Source: an uncultured Planctomycetia bacterium
GTDB lineage: Bacteria > Omnitrophota > Gorgyraeia > 2-01-FULL-45-10 > JAHFGN01
Direction: 5' to 3'
DNA length: 64,000 bases
Assembly: GCA_964354545.1 (NCBI GenBank)
Contig: CAYHAE010000005.1
Location: forward strand, 12,414 to 76,413
A program made the translations under genes and the position numbers. Below the pieces are notes generated by a model that did not search any database, was not told the DNA's origin, and saw nothing but the letters and a program-made list of their open reading frames with translations. Below, in pieces: positions 54,593 through 62,641 of the stretch (positions within the stretch are counted from its first letter, which is position 1; every line of letters starts with the position of its first letter).

Positions 54593-56011
54593 ATGAAGAT
54601 TTTATTGACAACCCCGCCCCAACCGGCATATTCTATTTTACCACATAGATATATGGAGCTGCACAAGTTTCTAAAATGGCTGGGCGGGAATAGGCCAATT
54701 TTAGGCATTCAACCGCCCTATGGCCTTATGTATCTATCGGCATATTTAAAGCGGAGTGGTCACCAGGTATTTGTTGTAGACGGCTTATTGTCTTCGCAGC
54801 AATATATTCTGGAGATGATCAAGAAGGAAAAGATCGATATGGTAGGCATTTCCAGCGTCTCATGGAATTGGAGCGAATCAAAAAAACTGGCGCATGTGCT
54901 GCGCAAGGAATACCCCTATCTGAAATTGGCAGTCGGCGGCGCGCACGTTAACAGCGAGCAAGGAAAGGTCTTGGAAGAATGCCGTTATTTCGACTACGCA
55001 TTTTATGGAGACGGGGAAGAGGTCTTAAGCAGGGTTGTATCGGCGCTATCATCGGGCAAGAAACCAGAGCTTAGCGATGGATTTGCGTTGAGAGAGGGAG
55101 ACAGGGTCATAGTTTCGGAGAAGAAAGCCTTTATCGAAGACATAAGCGGGATGTTACTGCCGGATAGAGAATCGCTGGGTTTTGATAATTATCGGCCTTC
55201 GCCTCTTTCTTATAGGCGAATTCCAGCGACAGCGATGTTTGGTTCGCGAGGCTGCCCCTATACATGCACTTTTTGTCATACCGAAAAGCGTGTGCGTATG
55301 AGAAAGGCCGAGAACCTTATCGAAGAGATCGAGCTGCTTCAAAAGAAATATGGGATTAAAGAGATACTATTTTTTGATGACACATTTACCCTTGACAAGA
55401 AACGCATTTTCGAATTCTGCGAGCTGATAGTCAAGAAGGGGATCGATCTGAGCTGGTGTGCCAGTGTTCGTTCCGATACCGTTGACCCAGAGATGCTCAA
55501 GGCGATGAAAAGGGCGGGGTGCTGGCGACTGCTTATGGGTATTGAAAGTGGCTCGCAGCGCATATTGGATCTGATGAAAAAAAGGACAACGTTGCAGCAG
55601 ATAGAGTGCGCCGTTGATATGATCAATGCCGCAGGAATTCAAGTTTATGGTATGTTTATATTCGGCTTTCCTACGGAAACCTTCGAAGAAGGGCTGGAGA
55701 CCATCAGGTTTATGAAGAAGCTTAAACTTGACTACGCCAGCGTATGCGGGTTGACGCCTTTTCCCGGGACGGAAATATACACGCAAGTAGCTCACGAGCC
55801 CGGCTTCAAGGGTTTTGATTATATGAACATGTTTGATATATCTTATGTGCCTACGACAATGAGAGAGGAGCAGGTGAGGGATCTATTAAAGCGAAGTCTT
55901 CGCGAGTTCTATCTTCGTCCTTCTTATATAGCGCGGCAGATACGCACTATACGTTCCATGGAGGACCTCATGAGGTATGTAAGGGGTTTTATATTGATTT
56001 TTCTTAGGTAA
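54593..56011 (+). CDS. Cobalamin (B12)-binding radical SAM enzyme (low-GC copy)
   Basis: The B12-domain is LGIQPPYGLMYLSAYLKRSGHQV. The radical SAM motif is MFGSRGCPYTCTFCHT. Confidence 0.85.
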   Translation: MKILLTTPPQPAYSILPHRYMELHKFLKWLGGNRPILGIQPPYGLMYLSAYLKRSGHQVFVVDGLLSSQQYILEMIKKEKIDMVGISSVSWNWSESKKLAHVLRKEYPYLKLAVGGAHVNSEQGKVLEECRYFDYAFYGDGEEVLSRVVSALSSGKKPELSDGFALREGDRVIVSEKKAFIEDISGMLLPDRESLGFDNYRPSPLSYRRIPATAMFGSRGCPYTCTFCHTEKRVRMRKAENLIEEIELLQKKYGIKEILFFDDTFTLDKKRIFEFCELIVKKGIDLSWCASVRSDTVDPEMLKAMKRAGCWRLLMGIESGSQRILDLMKKRTTLQQIECAVDMINAAGIQVYGMFIFGFPTETFEEGLETIRFMKKLKLDYASVCGLTPFPGTEIYTQVAHEPGFKGFDYMNMFDISYVPTTMREEQVRDLLKRSLREFYLRPSYIARQIRTIRSMEDLMRYVRGFILIFLR

Positions 56012-56066
56012 ATCTTTGCGAGGTATGTGCTCGTGCTCGAGAAATAGCGCAACCGCAGGCATTGTT

Positions 56067-57938
56067 ATGGAACAGAGTATTCACGTCAAACCGATATCGC
56101 TCCTCGTGCTCCTCGGCATGTGTATCGTAAGCGTCTCGTGGCTGCTGCCGACGATAGGCAACAACACGGACGATCCGAACATGATCATCTATTTTAACGG
56201 GGATGAGGGCGGACAGATGGACCTCCTCTGGCATTATTTCAGCGGCGAGAAGAGGGCCAGCTTCCAATGGGATTTCGATTACGGGCTCGAATTGCGCTAT
56301 GCGGCGGATATCATCCGGATCGTGTGCGCGCCCTTTTTCCATTTCACTCCGGGAACGCTCGTCCTCGTGATGAGGTGGTTCCACCTGATCGCCTGGGTCG
56401 GCGCTTTGATCGCGGTGTGGTGTTTTATGGCGTATCACTTCAGGGATCTCTGGCTTGCCGCACTCGCGGTCCTCCTGGTGGGCACGAGGCCCGCATTTTC
56501 CTATTTTGCGGTCAATCTGAAGCCGGAGCCGCTTGTGTTATTGTGTATGATCGCGGGGTTGCATTGTACGTTGCTGATCCTGGAGAAGCCTTCTGTCTTA
56601 AGGGTAGCCGGCGCAGTTGCCATGGCGAGCCTCGCGTTTATCGTGAAATTTGCCGGCGTATTCCTCCTGCCGGCCATTGTCGCCGCCATGTACTTTGCTC
56701 TGCATCCTGTCGCGCATCGCGGAGGCAGGAGCGCTCAGGAAAACTTCCCGCGCGTTAAGAGCGCGTGGGCCCTCCCGTCCGCATGCGGCTCACTACTTAT
56801 CGGGCTTCTCTGCGTGGTCATCATCTTCTATGTGCGCAAATCGACCGGCCATACATGGTATGAGCAGTATGGGTTCTGGGGAAGCCTTGCCAAAAGCGCG
56901 TCTATGCGCTCCTTGTTCCTGGCCGGCCTCGCGCTCGTATGCCTGTCAGGCGCGCTATGGGCCCTGAATAGGCGGGCGAGGGGATCTTTAAGGACGATCG
57001 CGGATTTTGTGGACGCCGTTAATTCATATGCATGCATCGTGTGCGCATTATTTGCGCTCTCGACATTGGCCTTCGGCTTTAGGTGGCTGATCTCTCCGAA
57101 GGATTTCATACTCACGTATTCCCAGATCGCGCCCAATGCTTCAGGGACGCAGGCGTTACAATTGGCGAAGGCCGGCAGCGTCGCGAGCGCGGTCTTACAT
57201 TATATCGTCTCACGCGTTATGGCATGTGACCCGCTCATCCTCGGCCTCTTTTTCTTTTATGCGGTTGTTGAACTGCGCGCATTTGATAAGAATAGGGACA
57301 AGGATCCGGTGCCTCTATTCAAAAGGCTGACGCTCCTCGTTTTTCTTCTACCGTACGCGCTGTTTATGTTTTCCGGATTGCGGCTGGAGCAGCACCATAT
57401 GCTTCCGTTCTTCGTTGCGATGTCCGCGCTCGGCCTGGGAGGCATCAGGATGTGGTTGGACGAATTTCGCGGCCAGGCGGGAATGAGGCGTATCACGGTC
57501 GCATGTGCGGCGCTGGTCCTCAGCCTTGATATAGTCGGCAATGGGACTAGATTGGTACAGGCGAGGGCGCATCAGTTCGAACAGCGGGAGGATGTTGCAT
57601 TTGAGTTTTCGAGATGGTGGCACAAAAATATCCCGCGCGATGCCGTAGTCGTCGCCGATCATTATACCAGGGTCTACATCCCGCCGGAATACAGGAACGT
57701 GACGGCATTTAAGGGGTATCAGGCTGACAGGGCAGAACAGCTGCGCGCGCTTGTCCGCACGCTCAAACCCCGGTTTATCTATTATAACGCGGGCCCTGCG
57801 GGTTCGGAGCCCATGCCTCACGTCGACTGGATGTTGCCGGGGGTGCGGCTGGAACTGGTCAAGGTTTTCCCGAGCGAAGGCCGCCGTTACCAGAGGATAA
57901 CAGGTGACAGGCTTGTCATCTATAAGGTGCTGTATTAA
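56067..57938 (+). CDS. Polytopic integral membrane protein, GT-C/ArnT/PMT-like glycosyltransferase candidate
   Basis: At least ten predicted transmembrane helices occupy the N-terminal two-thirds. A soluble C-terminal domain follows. The gene is near a polyprenol-phosphate GT2. The start was trimmed to the ATG at 56067. Confidence 0.5.
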   Translation: MEQSIHVKPISLLVLLGMCIVSVSWLLPTIGNNTDDPNMIIYFNGDEGGQMDLLWHYFSGEKRASFQWDFDYGLELRYAADIIRIVCAPFFHFTPGTLVLVMRWFHLIAWVGALIAVWCFMAYHFRDLWLAALAVLLVGTRPAFSYFAVNLKPEPLVLLCMIAGLHCTLLILEKPSVLRVAGAVAMASLAFIVKFAGVFLLPAIVAAMYFALHPVAHRGGRSAQENFPRVKSAWALPSACGSLLIGLLCVVIIFYVRKSTGHTWYEQYGFWGSLAKSASMRSLFLAGLALVCLSGALWALNRRARGSLRTIADFVDAVNSYACIVCALFALSTLAFGFRWLISPKDFILTYSQIAPNASGTQALQLAKAGSVASAVLHYIVSRVMACDPLILGLFFFYAVVELRAFDKNRDKDPVPLFKRLTLLVFLLPYALFMFSGLRLEQHHMLPFFVAMSALGLGGIRMWLDEFRGQAGMRRITVACAALVLSLDIVGNGTRLVQARAHQFEQREDVAFEFSRWWHKNIPRDAVVVADHYTRVYIPPEYRNVTAFKGYQADRAEQLRALVRTLKPRFIYYNAGPAGSEPMPHVDWMLPGVRLELVKVFPSEGRRYQRITGDRLVIYKVLY

Positions 57939-57956
57939 AAAAGAGGGTATCCGACA

Positions 57957-58772
57957 ATGAAACATGCACATGAAAAGAAAGTCAGTATAATGGATGTGGT
58001 GATCCTGTGCGGGGGGATGGGGACACGCCTCAGGGAAGAGACTGAGATAAAACCGAAACCGATGGTCGAGATCGGGGGGAAGCCCATCCTGTGGCACATC
58101 ATGAAATTCTACTCGCACTACGGCTTTAACAAGTTTATCCTTGCCCTCGGATACAAGGGCGAATATATAAAGAAGTATTTTTACGATTACGGGTACCTCT
58201 CGAGCGACCTCACGATCATCCTAGATCCGAAGATACCCCCGAAGGTCCACTCGCTCTCTCGCGAGAACCATTGGGAGATCACCTGTGTTGACACGGGGCT
58301 CGCCACGTTAAAGGGAGGGAGGATCAAGCGGCTCGAGGGATACATAAAGAGCGACACTTTCCACCTCACGTACGGCGATGGCTTGAGCGACGTGGACCTG
58401 ACGAGGCTCATCGCCTTCCACCGGAAGTCGAAGGGGATAGGAACGGTGACCGCGGTCCGGCCGCCTTCACGTTTCGGGGAGATCCTCATCAAGGGCGATC
58501 TCGTGAAGGAGTTCGAGGAGAAACCCCAGCTCACGACCGGGTACATCAACGGAGGTTTCTTTGTGTTCACGAGGAAGCTCCTCGATTACCTTACGCCCGA
58601 CGAGAATTGCGACCTTGAATTCGGCGCACTCCAGCGGCTGTCTCGCGAAGGGCAGCTCTCGGCGTACAGGCATGAGGGCTACTGGCAGTGCATGGATACG
58701 GTGAGGGACACGCAGTACCTCAACAAGCTCTGGGAATCGGGAAATCCGCCCTGGAAGGTGTGGGAGAAATGA
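57957..58772 (+). CDS. rfbF: Glucose-1-phosphate cytidylyltransferase
   Basis: The canonical RfbF N-terminus MDVVILCGGMGTRLREETEIKPKPMVEIGGKPILWHIMKFYSHYGFNKFILALGYKG is present. An AAGAGGG RBS precedes the start. Confidence 0.8.
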   Translation: MKHAHEKKVSIMDVVILCGGMGTRLREETEIKPKPMVEIGGKPILWHIMKFYSHYGFNKFILALGYKGEYIKKYFYDYGYLSSDLTIILDPKIPPKVHSLSRENHWEITCVDTGLATLKGGRIKRLEGYIKSDTFHLTYGDGLSDVDLTRLIAFHRKSKGIGTVTAVRPPSRFGEILIKGDLVKEFEEKPQLTTGYINGGFFVFTRKLLDYLTPDENCDLEFGALQRLSREGQLSAYRHEGYWQCMDTVRDTQYLNKLWESGNPPWKVWEK

Positions 58773-59899
58773 AAGGACACAGGACAAAGGACACAAAGTC
58801 ACTAGGTCACCAAGTCACCACGTCACCAGGAGACAGGACACGACGAACATCCACCGTCCTCCTCACCGGCAACACGGGCTATATAGGGACCGTGATGACG
58901 GGGTGCTTACGGGAAGCGGGGTATAAGGTCGTGGGCCTCGACAGCGACTGGTTCAAAAGGAATACCCTTTTTCCGGTCCCTGAGGACTCGCGGCCAGATA
59001 CACAGATCGTATGCGATATCCGCGACGTGCGTGCCGAAGACCTCGATGGGATCGATTCCGTGATCCATCTCGCAGGGCTCTCCAATGACCCCCTCGGCGA
59101 GATCAACCCGCGGCTCACCGATGATATCAACCACAAGGCGACCATGAGGCTCGCGGAACTGTGCAGGGCACAAGGCATCGGGCGATTTTTGTTTGCGTCG
59201 TCATGCAGCATCTACGGAATAGCGCCTAAGGACGCACCGATAGACGAGAGCGGTGCGGTTAACCCTCTCACGGCATATGCGAAGGCGAAGGTCGACGCGG
59301 AGCGTGGTCTCGCACAGATGGCAGATGACGGTTTTCATCCCGTATTCATGCGTAACGCCACCGTCTATGGGCTCTCTCCGAGGCTCAGGCTCGACCTCGT
59401 CGTCAACAACCTCCTCGCGTGGGCGTACCTCATGGGCGAGATCGCGATCATGAGCGACGGCACGCCCTGGCGTCCGATCATCCACATTCAGGACTTCTGC
59501 GCGGCATTTATCGCGGCACTCGGGGCGCCGGTGGAGAAGGTCCAGGGCCAGGCATTCAACGTAGGCGTTGACGGCGAGAACTATCGGGTGAGGGAGATTG
59601 CCGAAGAGGTGAACAGGGCCCTGCCTCAGTCGACGATAAAGATATTGAATAAGACAGGGCCGGACGAAAGGACGTACAGGGTCGATTTCTCAAAGATCAA
59701 GACCGCGTTGCCCGGGTTCACACCACAGTGGGATCTCAAGAAGGGTATTGCTGAGCTCCTCGAGGCGTATCGACGGTATGGACTCACGCGCGAAGACTTC
59801 GAATCGGACAAGTACTTCCGCATCAAGGCGGTGAAGGCGCTGCGTGCGTCAGGAGAGCTGGATGAGGAGCTGGCGTGGACACACAAGGACACAAGGTAG
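58769..59899 (+). CDS. NAD-dependent sugar nucleotide epimerase/dehydratase with repeat-encoded low-complexity N-terminus
   Basis: The Rossmann motif is VLLTGNTGYIGTVMTGCL. The YxxxK is TAYAKAKVDAE. The first 30 codons are built from GGACACA/GTCACCA heptad-like DNA repeats. There is an ATGA overlap with rfbF. Confidence 0.75.
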   Translation: MKGHRTKDTKSLGHQVTTSPGDRTRRTSTVLLTGNTGYIGTVMTGCLREAGYKVVGLDSDWFKRNTLFPVPEDSRPDTQIVCDIRDVRAEDLDGIDSVIHLAGLSNDPLGEINPRLTDDINHKATMRLAELCRAQGIGRFLFASSCSIYGIAPKDAPIDESGAVNPLTAYAKAKVDAERGLAQMADDGFHPVFMRNATVYGLSPRLRLDLVVNNLLAWAYLMGEIAIMSDGTPWRPIIHIQDFCAAFIAALGAPVEKVQGQAFNVGVDGENYRVREIAEEVNRALPQSTIKILNKTGPDERTYRVDFSKIKTALPGFTPQWDLKKGIAELLEAYRRYGLTREDFESDKYFRIKAVKALRASGELDEELAWTHKDTR

Positions 59900-59989
59900 A
59901 TCCTTCGCCCGCTAAAATGCTTCCATAAGGTCGCATTTTTTAACGCGGGCGCAGGATCACATTTGCTTCGCAAATGTGAGGAGGTTCAC

Positions 59990-60439
59990 ATGATAGACGG
60001 CGTAAAGGTGATACCGCTCAAAAAGATCTGCGACGAACGGGGGATGATCATGCATATGCTCAAGAGCTCCGACCCCCACTTCGAACAGTTCGGGGAGGTC
60101 TATTTTGCTACCGCCTATCCAGGCGTCGTGAAGGCGTGGCATGAGCACACGAAACAGGTCCAATTCTACGCGTGCATCGACGGCATGATCAAACTGGTCC
60201 TTTACGATGCCCGTGGCCACTCGCCGACAAAGGGTGAGCTTATGGAGCTCTTCATCGGCGATGACAATTACCAACTCGTCCGGATACCCACGGGGGTCAT
60301 CAATGGGTGGAAGAATATAGGGACGGAGACCGCGATCCTCGCGAACTGTACGACGCAACCTCATGATCCCGACGAGATGCAAAGATGTGACCCTCACAGC
60401 GATAAGGTGCCCTACGACTGGGCGAGGGTGGATAGATAA
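59990..60439 (+). CDS. RmlC-like cupin sugar-nucleotide 3,5-epimerase/ketoisomerase
   Basis: The cupin signature is FGEVYFATAYPGVVKAWHEHTKQVQFYACIDGMIKLVLYDAR...LVRIPTGVINGW. The start was trimmed to the ATG at 59990, 6 nt after a GAGGAGG RBS. Confidence 0.6.
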   Translation: MIDGVKVIPLKKICDERGMIMHMLKSSDPHFEQFGEVYFATAYPGVVKAWHEHTKQVQFYACIDGMIKLVLYDARGHSPTKGELMELFIGDDNYQLVRIPTGVINGWKNIGTETAILANCTTQPHDPDEMQRCDPHSDKVPYDWARVDR

Positions 60440-60469
60440 TAAAATTCGTCCGCGAAGCGGATCCGCCTT

Positions 60470-60600
60470 CGACGGAAAATCCGAATATCGAAATCCGAAT
60501 ATTGAAACCTCAGAAATCGTTGCTACAAAAGCGCGGTTTCGAATTTAGGATTTCGAATTTAGGATTTGTTTAGGATTTCGGATTTCGAGTTTAGAATTTA
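60470..60600. repeat. Palindromic tandem-repeat array (AATCCGAATATYGAAA x2 ... TTCGAATTTAGGATT x2, GGATTTCGGATTTCGAG)
   Basis: The forward half-array lies at 60477-60507 and the reverse-complement-type half-array at 60536-60598. The array ends 10 bp before the RBS of the 60618 gene. Confidence 0.5.
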
Positions 60601-60617
60601 TATTTAAAGGAGGCTCT

Positions 60618-61529
60618 GTGGCTCAAAATTCTACGAACGATGTGCTGGTGATTGGCGCGCAGGGCCTTATAGGCCGGCAGGTCGCGAATATCCTCACCGA
60701 ACACGGCGTGAGCTGGAAGGGCACGTTCTTCACGAGGCCCGCGGAAGGGCTCCTGAAATTGGATATCACCGATCCTGCCTCCGTGACGAAGGTCTTTACG
60801 GAAGTCCGGCCGAGGGCGGTGTTCCACTGCGCAAACCTTGCAGGTGGCGTCGATTTCTGCGAGACGAACCCGAAGAGGGCCACCGCATTCCACCTGAGCG
60901 CGACGAAGGAGATAGGGGCATGGTGCGTAAAGATTGGAGCGCCGCTCGTGTTCCTGTCGACCGATTACATATTTGACGGCATGCGGGGTCCCTATAAGGA
61001 AGACGACGCGACGAATCCCCTCAATTCGTACGGGGTCCTGAAATTCGAGGCCGAGAGGTTGATCCAGGCCAGCCTTACGTCGTTCATCATTGTGCGGACC
61101 ACGAACGTGTACGGATGGGACCCCGATACGAAGACGCCGAACTACATCATGGCGCTCTACAGGGCCCTCAAAGAAGGTAAACCCTTCAACGCCCCCTCGT
61201 ACCTGTGGGGGAATCCTACATACGTCGACGACCTCGCTCGCGCCGTTGTCGAGCTGTGGGAAGGCGGAGCGAACGGGATCTTTCATGTCGTGGGAGGCAG
61301 CTTCGTGAACAGGCACGAATGGGTGCTCGAGGCGTGCAGGGTTCTGGGGTTAGACGCCTCCCTCGCGAAAGAGATAAAATTCCCCTCGCCTAATATGGTC
61401 CAGCGGCCGATGAGGTCCTGGCTCAACCCCGAAAAATTCACATCGTCGTACAGGACCGTGCTGCATTCCATGGCCGAGGGCCTGGAACTCATGAAGGCGG
61501 ACATGCAAAACTCACAATATCCGGTTTGA
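60618..61529 (+). CDS. rfbD: dTDP-4-dehydrorhamnose reductase-like (RmlD family)
   Basis: The N-terminal motif is VLVIGAQGLIGRQVANIL. The RmlD motifs LSTDYIFDG and NSYGVLKFEAE are present. The start is GTG at 60618, after an AAAGGAGG RBS. Confidence 0.7.
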   Translation: MAQNSTNDVLVIGAQGLIGRQVANILTEHGVSWKGTFFTRPAEGLLKLDITDPASVTKVFTEVRPRAVFHCANLAGGVDFCETNPKRATAFHLSATKEIGAWCVKIGAPLVFLSTDYIFDGMRGPYKEDDATNPLNSYGVLKFEAERLIQASLTSFIIVRTTNVYGWDPDTKTPNYIMALYRALKEGKPFNAPSYLWGNPTYVDDLARAVVELWEGGANGIFHVVGGSFVNRHEWVLEACRVLGLDASLAKEIKFPSPNMVQRPMRSWLNPEKFTSSYRTVLHSMAEGLELMKADMQNSQYPV

Positions 61530-61536
61530 TTATATG

Positions 61537-61625
61537 TTAAATCCGAAATCCGAATATCGAATTTGTATCGAGTTTCGGATTTAGAATTTCGGATTTGTTT
61601 CGTATTTCGGATTTCGTGTTTCGAA
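61537..61625. repeat. Second copy of the AATCCGAA/TTCGGATT palindromic tandem-repeat array
   Basis: TAAATCCGAAATCCGAATATCGAA is followed by TCGAGTTTCGGATTTAGAATTTCGGATTTGTTTCGTATTTCGGATTTCGTGTTTCGAATTT. The array has the same unit family and architecture as 60470-60600. It abuts MITE-like copy C. Confidence 0.5.
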
Positions 61626-61628
61626 TTT

Positions 61629-61706
61629 AATCCCCTCCGCAGAAATCCCCGGGCTTTAAACCGGGGATGAATGCGAGCGATAATATTTCTTCTTCGGGGA
61701 GGGAGC
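61629..61706. repeat. MITE/REP-like intergenic element, copy C
   Basis: AATCCCCTCCGCAGAAA is followed by the perfect hairpin ATCCCCGGGCTTTAAACCGGGGAT. The element ends in the inverted terminus TTTCTTCTTCGGGGAGGGAG. The termini are shared with copies A and B. Confidence 0.5.
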
Positions 61707-61738
61707 TCTCGGGCCTAAAGGTCGGAGGGGCTCCACAT

Positions 61739-62641
61739 ATGAATATGCCGCTATTTACCGTTATAATCTCGACCTATAACCGCCGGGACCTCCTCCCCCG
61801 CGCGATACGGAGCGTGCTCGGCCAGACGCTCGGGGACTTTGAGCTCCTCGTGATCGACAATGGGTCGACGGACGATACGCGCTCGGTCGTAGAGGATATC
61901 AAAGACCCGCGGATAAAGTACGTCCTCAGCCCGCACCCCACAGAATCGTGCGATGGGCCCAGGAACCTCGGCATCCAGACGGCGAGAGGGGCCTTCGTCG
62001 CGTTTCTCGATGACGATGATATCTGGTATCCGGAGAGGCTCGCGAAGGTCAAGAAGGCGTTCGACGAACATCCTGATGCGTCGTGCGTGTGCCACAACGA
62101 GATGAAGAACGTGAACGGCCGCATAGACGGCGTATTCCGGTACGGCCCCTGGACGGACGATCTCTACGACCGGCTGCTCTACGAGGGGAACTGCCTCTCT
62201 TCGTGCGGAACGACTATCAAGACCGACGTAGTGAGGCGGTTTGGCGGATTCGATACGAGGCGCGACTATACTGAGGTGGCAGATTTTGACCTCTGGATAC
62301 GTATGGCGGAGAAGGGCGTGAAGACCTTTTTTCTCGATGAGCCGCTTGGTGAATTTTTCCTCACAGAGAGGAATTGGAGCGTCGTGAGCCCCCGTTTCTG
62401 GGCAAAGCAGGCTCTCATGGTCCGGACGCACATCCTTCGCAGCGAGAAGAAGCCTTTTTTCATGGTCTCGAAGAAGGGCATGAGGAAGCTGTTCCAGCTC
62501 TATTTTATCACCGCGAGAGCATACATGCGCTCGAAACAGTATCTGGATGCCTTCCTGTGGTTTCTCAAGGCATCTCTCTTTCTCGTGAGGCGGCCGAGCC
62601 TCATCTTTAGTCCGCGTCCGAGGCCACGATATCATGCATAA
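61739..62641 (+). CDS. GT2 glycosyltransferase
   Basis: The GT2 signature is FTVIISTYNRRDLLPRAIRSVLGQTLGDFELLVIDNGSTDDT...LDDDD. The start was trimmed to the ATG at 61739, 8 nt after a GGAGGGG RBS. Confidence 0.8.
   Translation: MNMPLFTVIISTYNRRDLLPRAIRSVLGQTLGDFELLVIDNGSTDDTRSVVEDIKDPRIKYVLSPHPTESCDGPRNLGIQTARGAFVAFLDDDDIWYPERLAKVKKAFDEHPDASCVCHNEMKNVNGRIDGVFRYGPWTDDLYDRLLYEGNCLSSCGTTIKTDVVRRFGGFDTRRDYTEVADFDLWIRMAEKGVKTFFLDEPLGEFFLTERNWSVVSPRFWAKQALMVRTHILRSEKKPFFMVSKKGMRKLFQLYFITARAYMRSKQYLDAFLWFLKASLFLVRRPSLIFSPRPRPRYHA

Noticed and set aside
60470-60600. Possibility that the AATCCGAA/TTCGGATT arrays or the 10-bp tandem arrays at 39682..39786 are CRISPR arrays
   Set aside because: The units are only 9-15 bp. 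They are degenerate and contiguous with no unique spacers of about 30 bp between them. No cas genes are present in the window.
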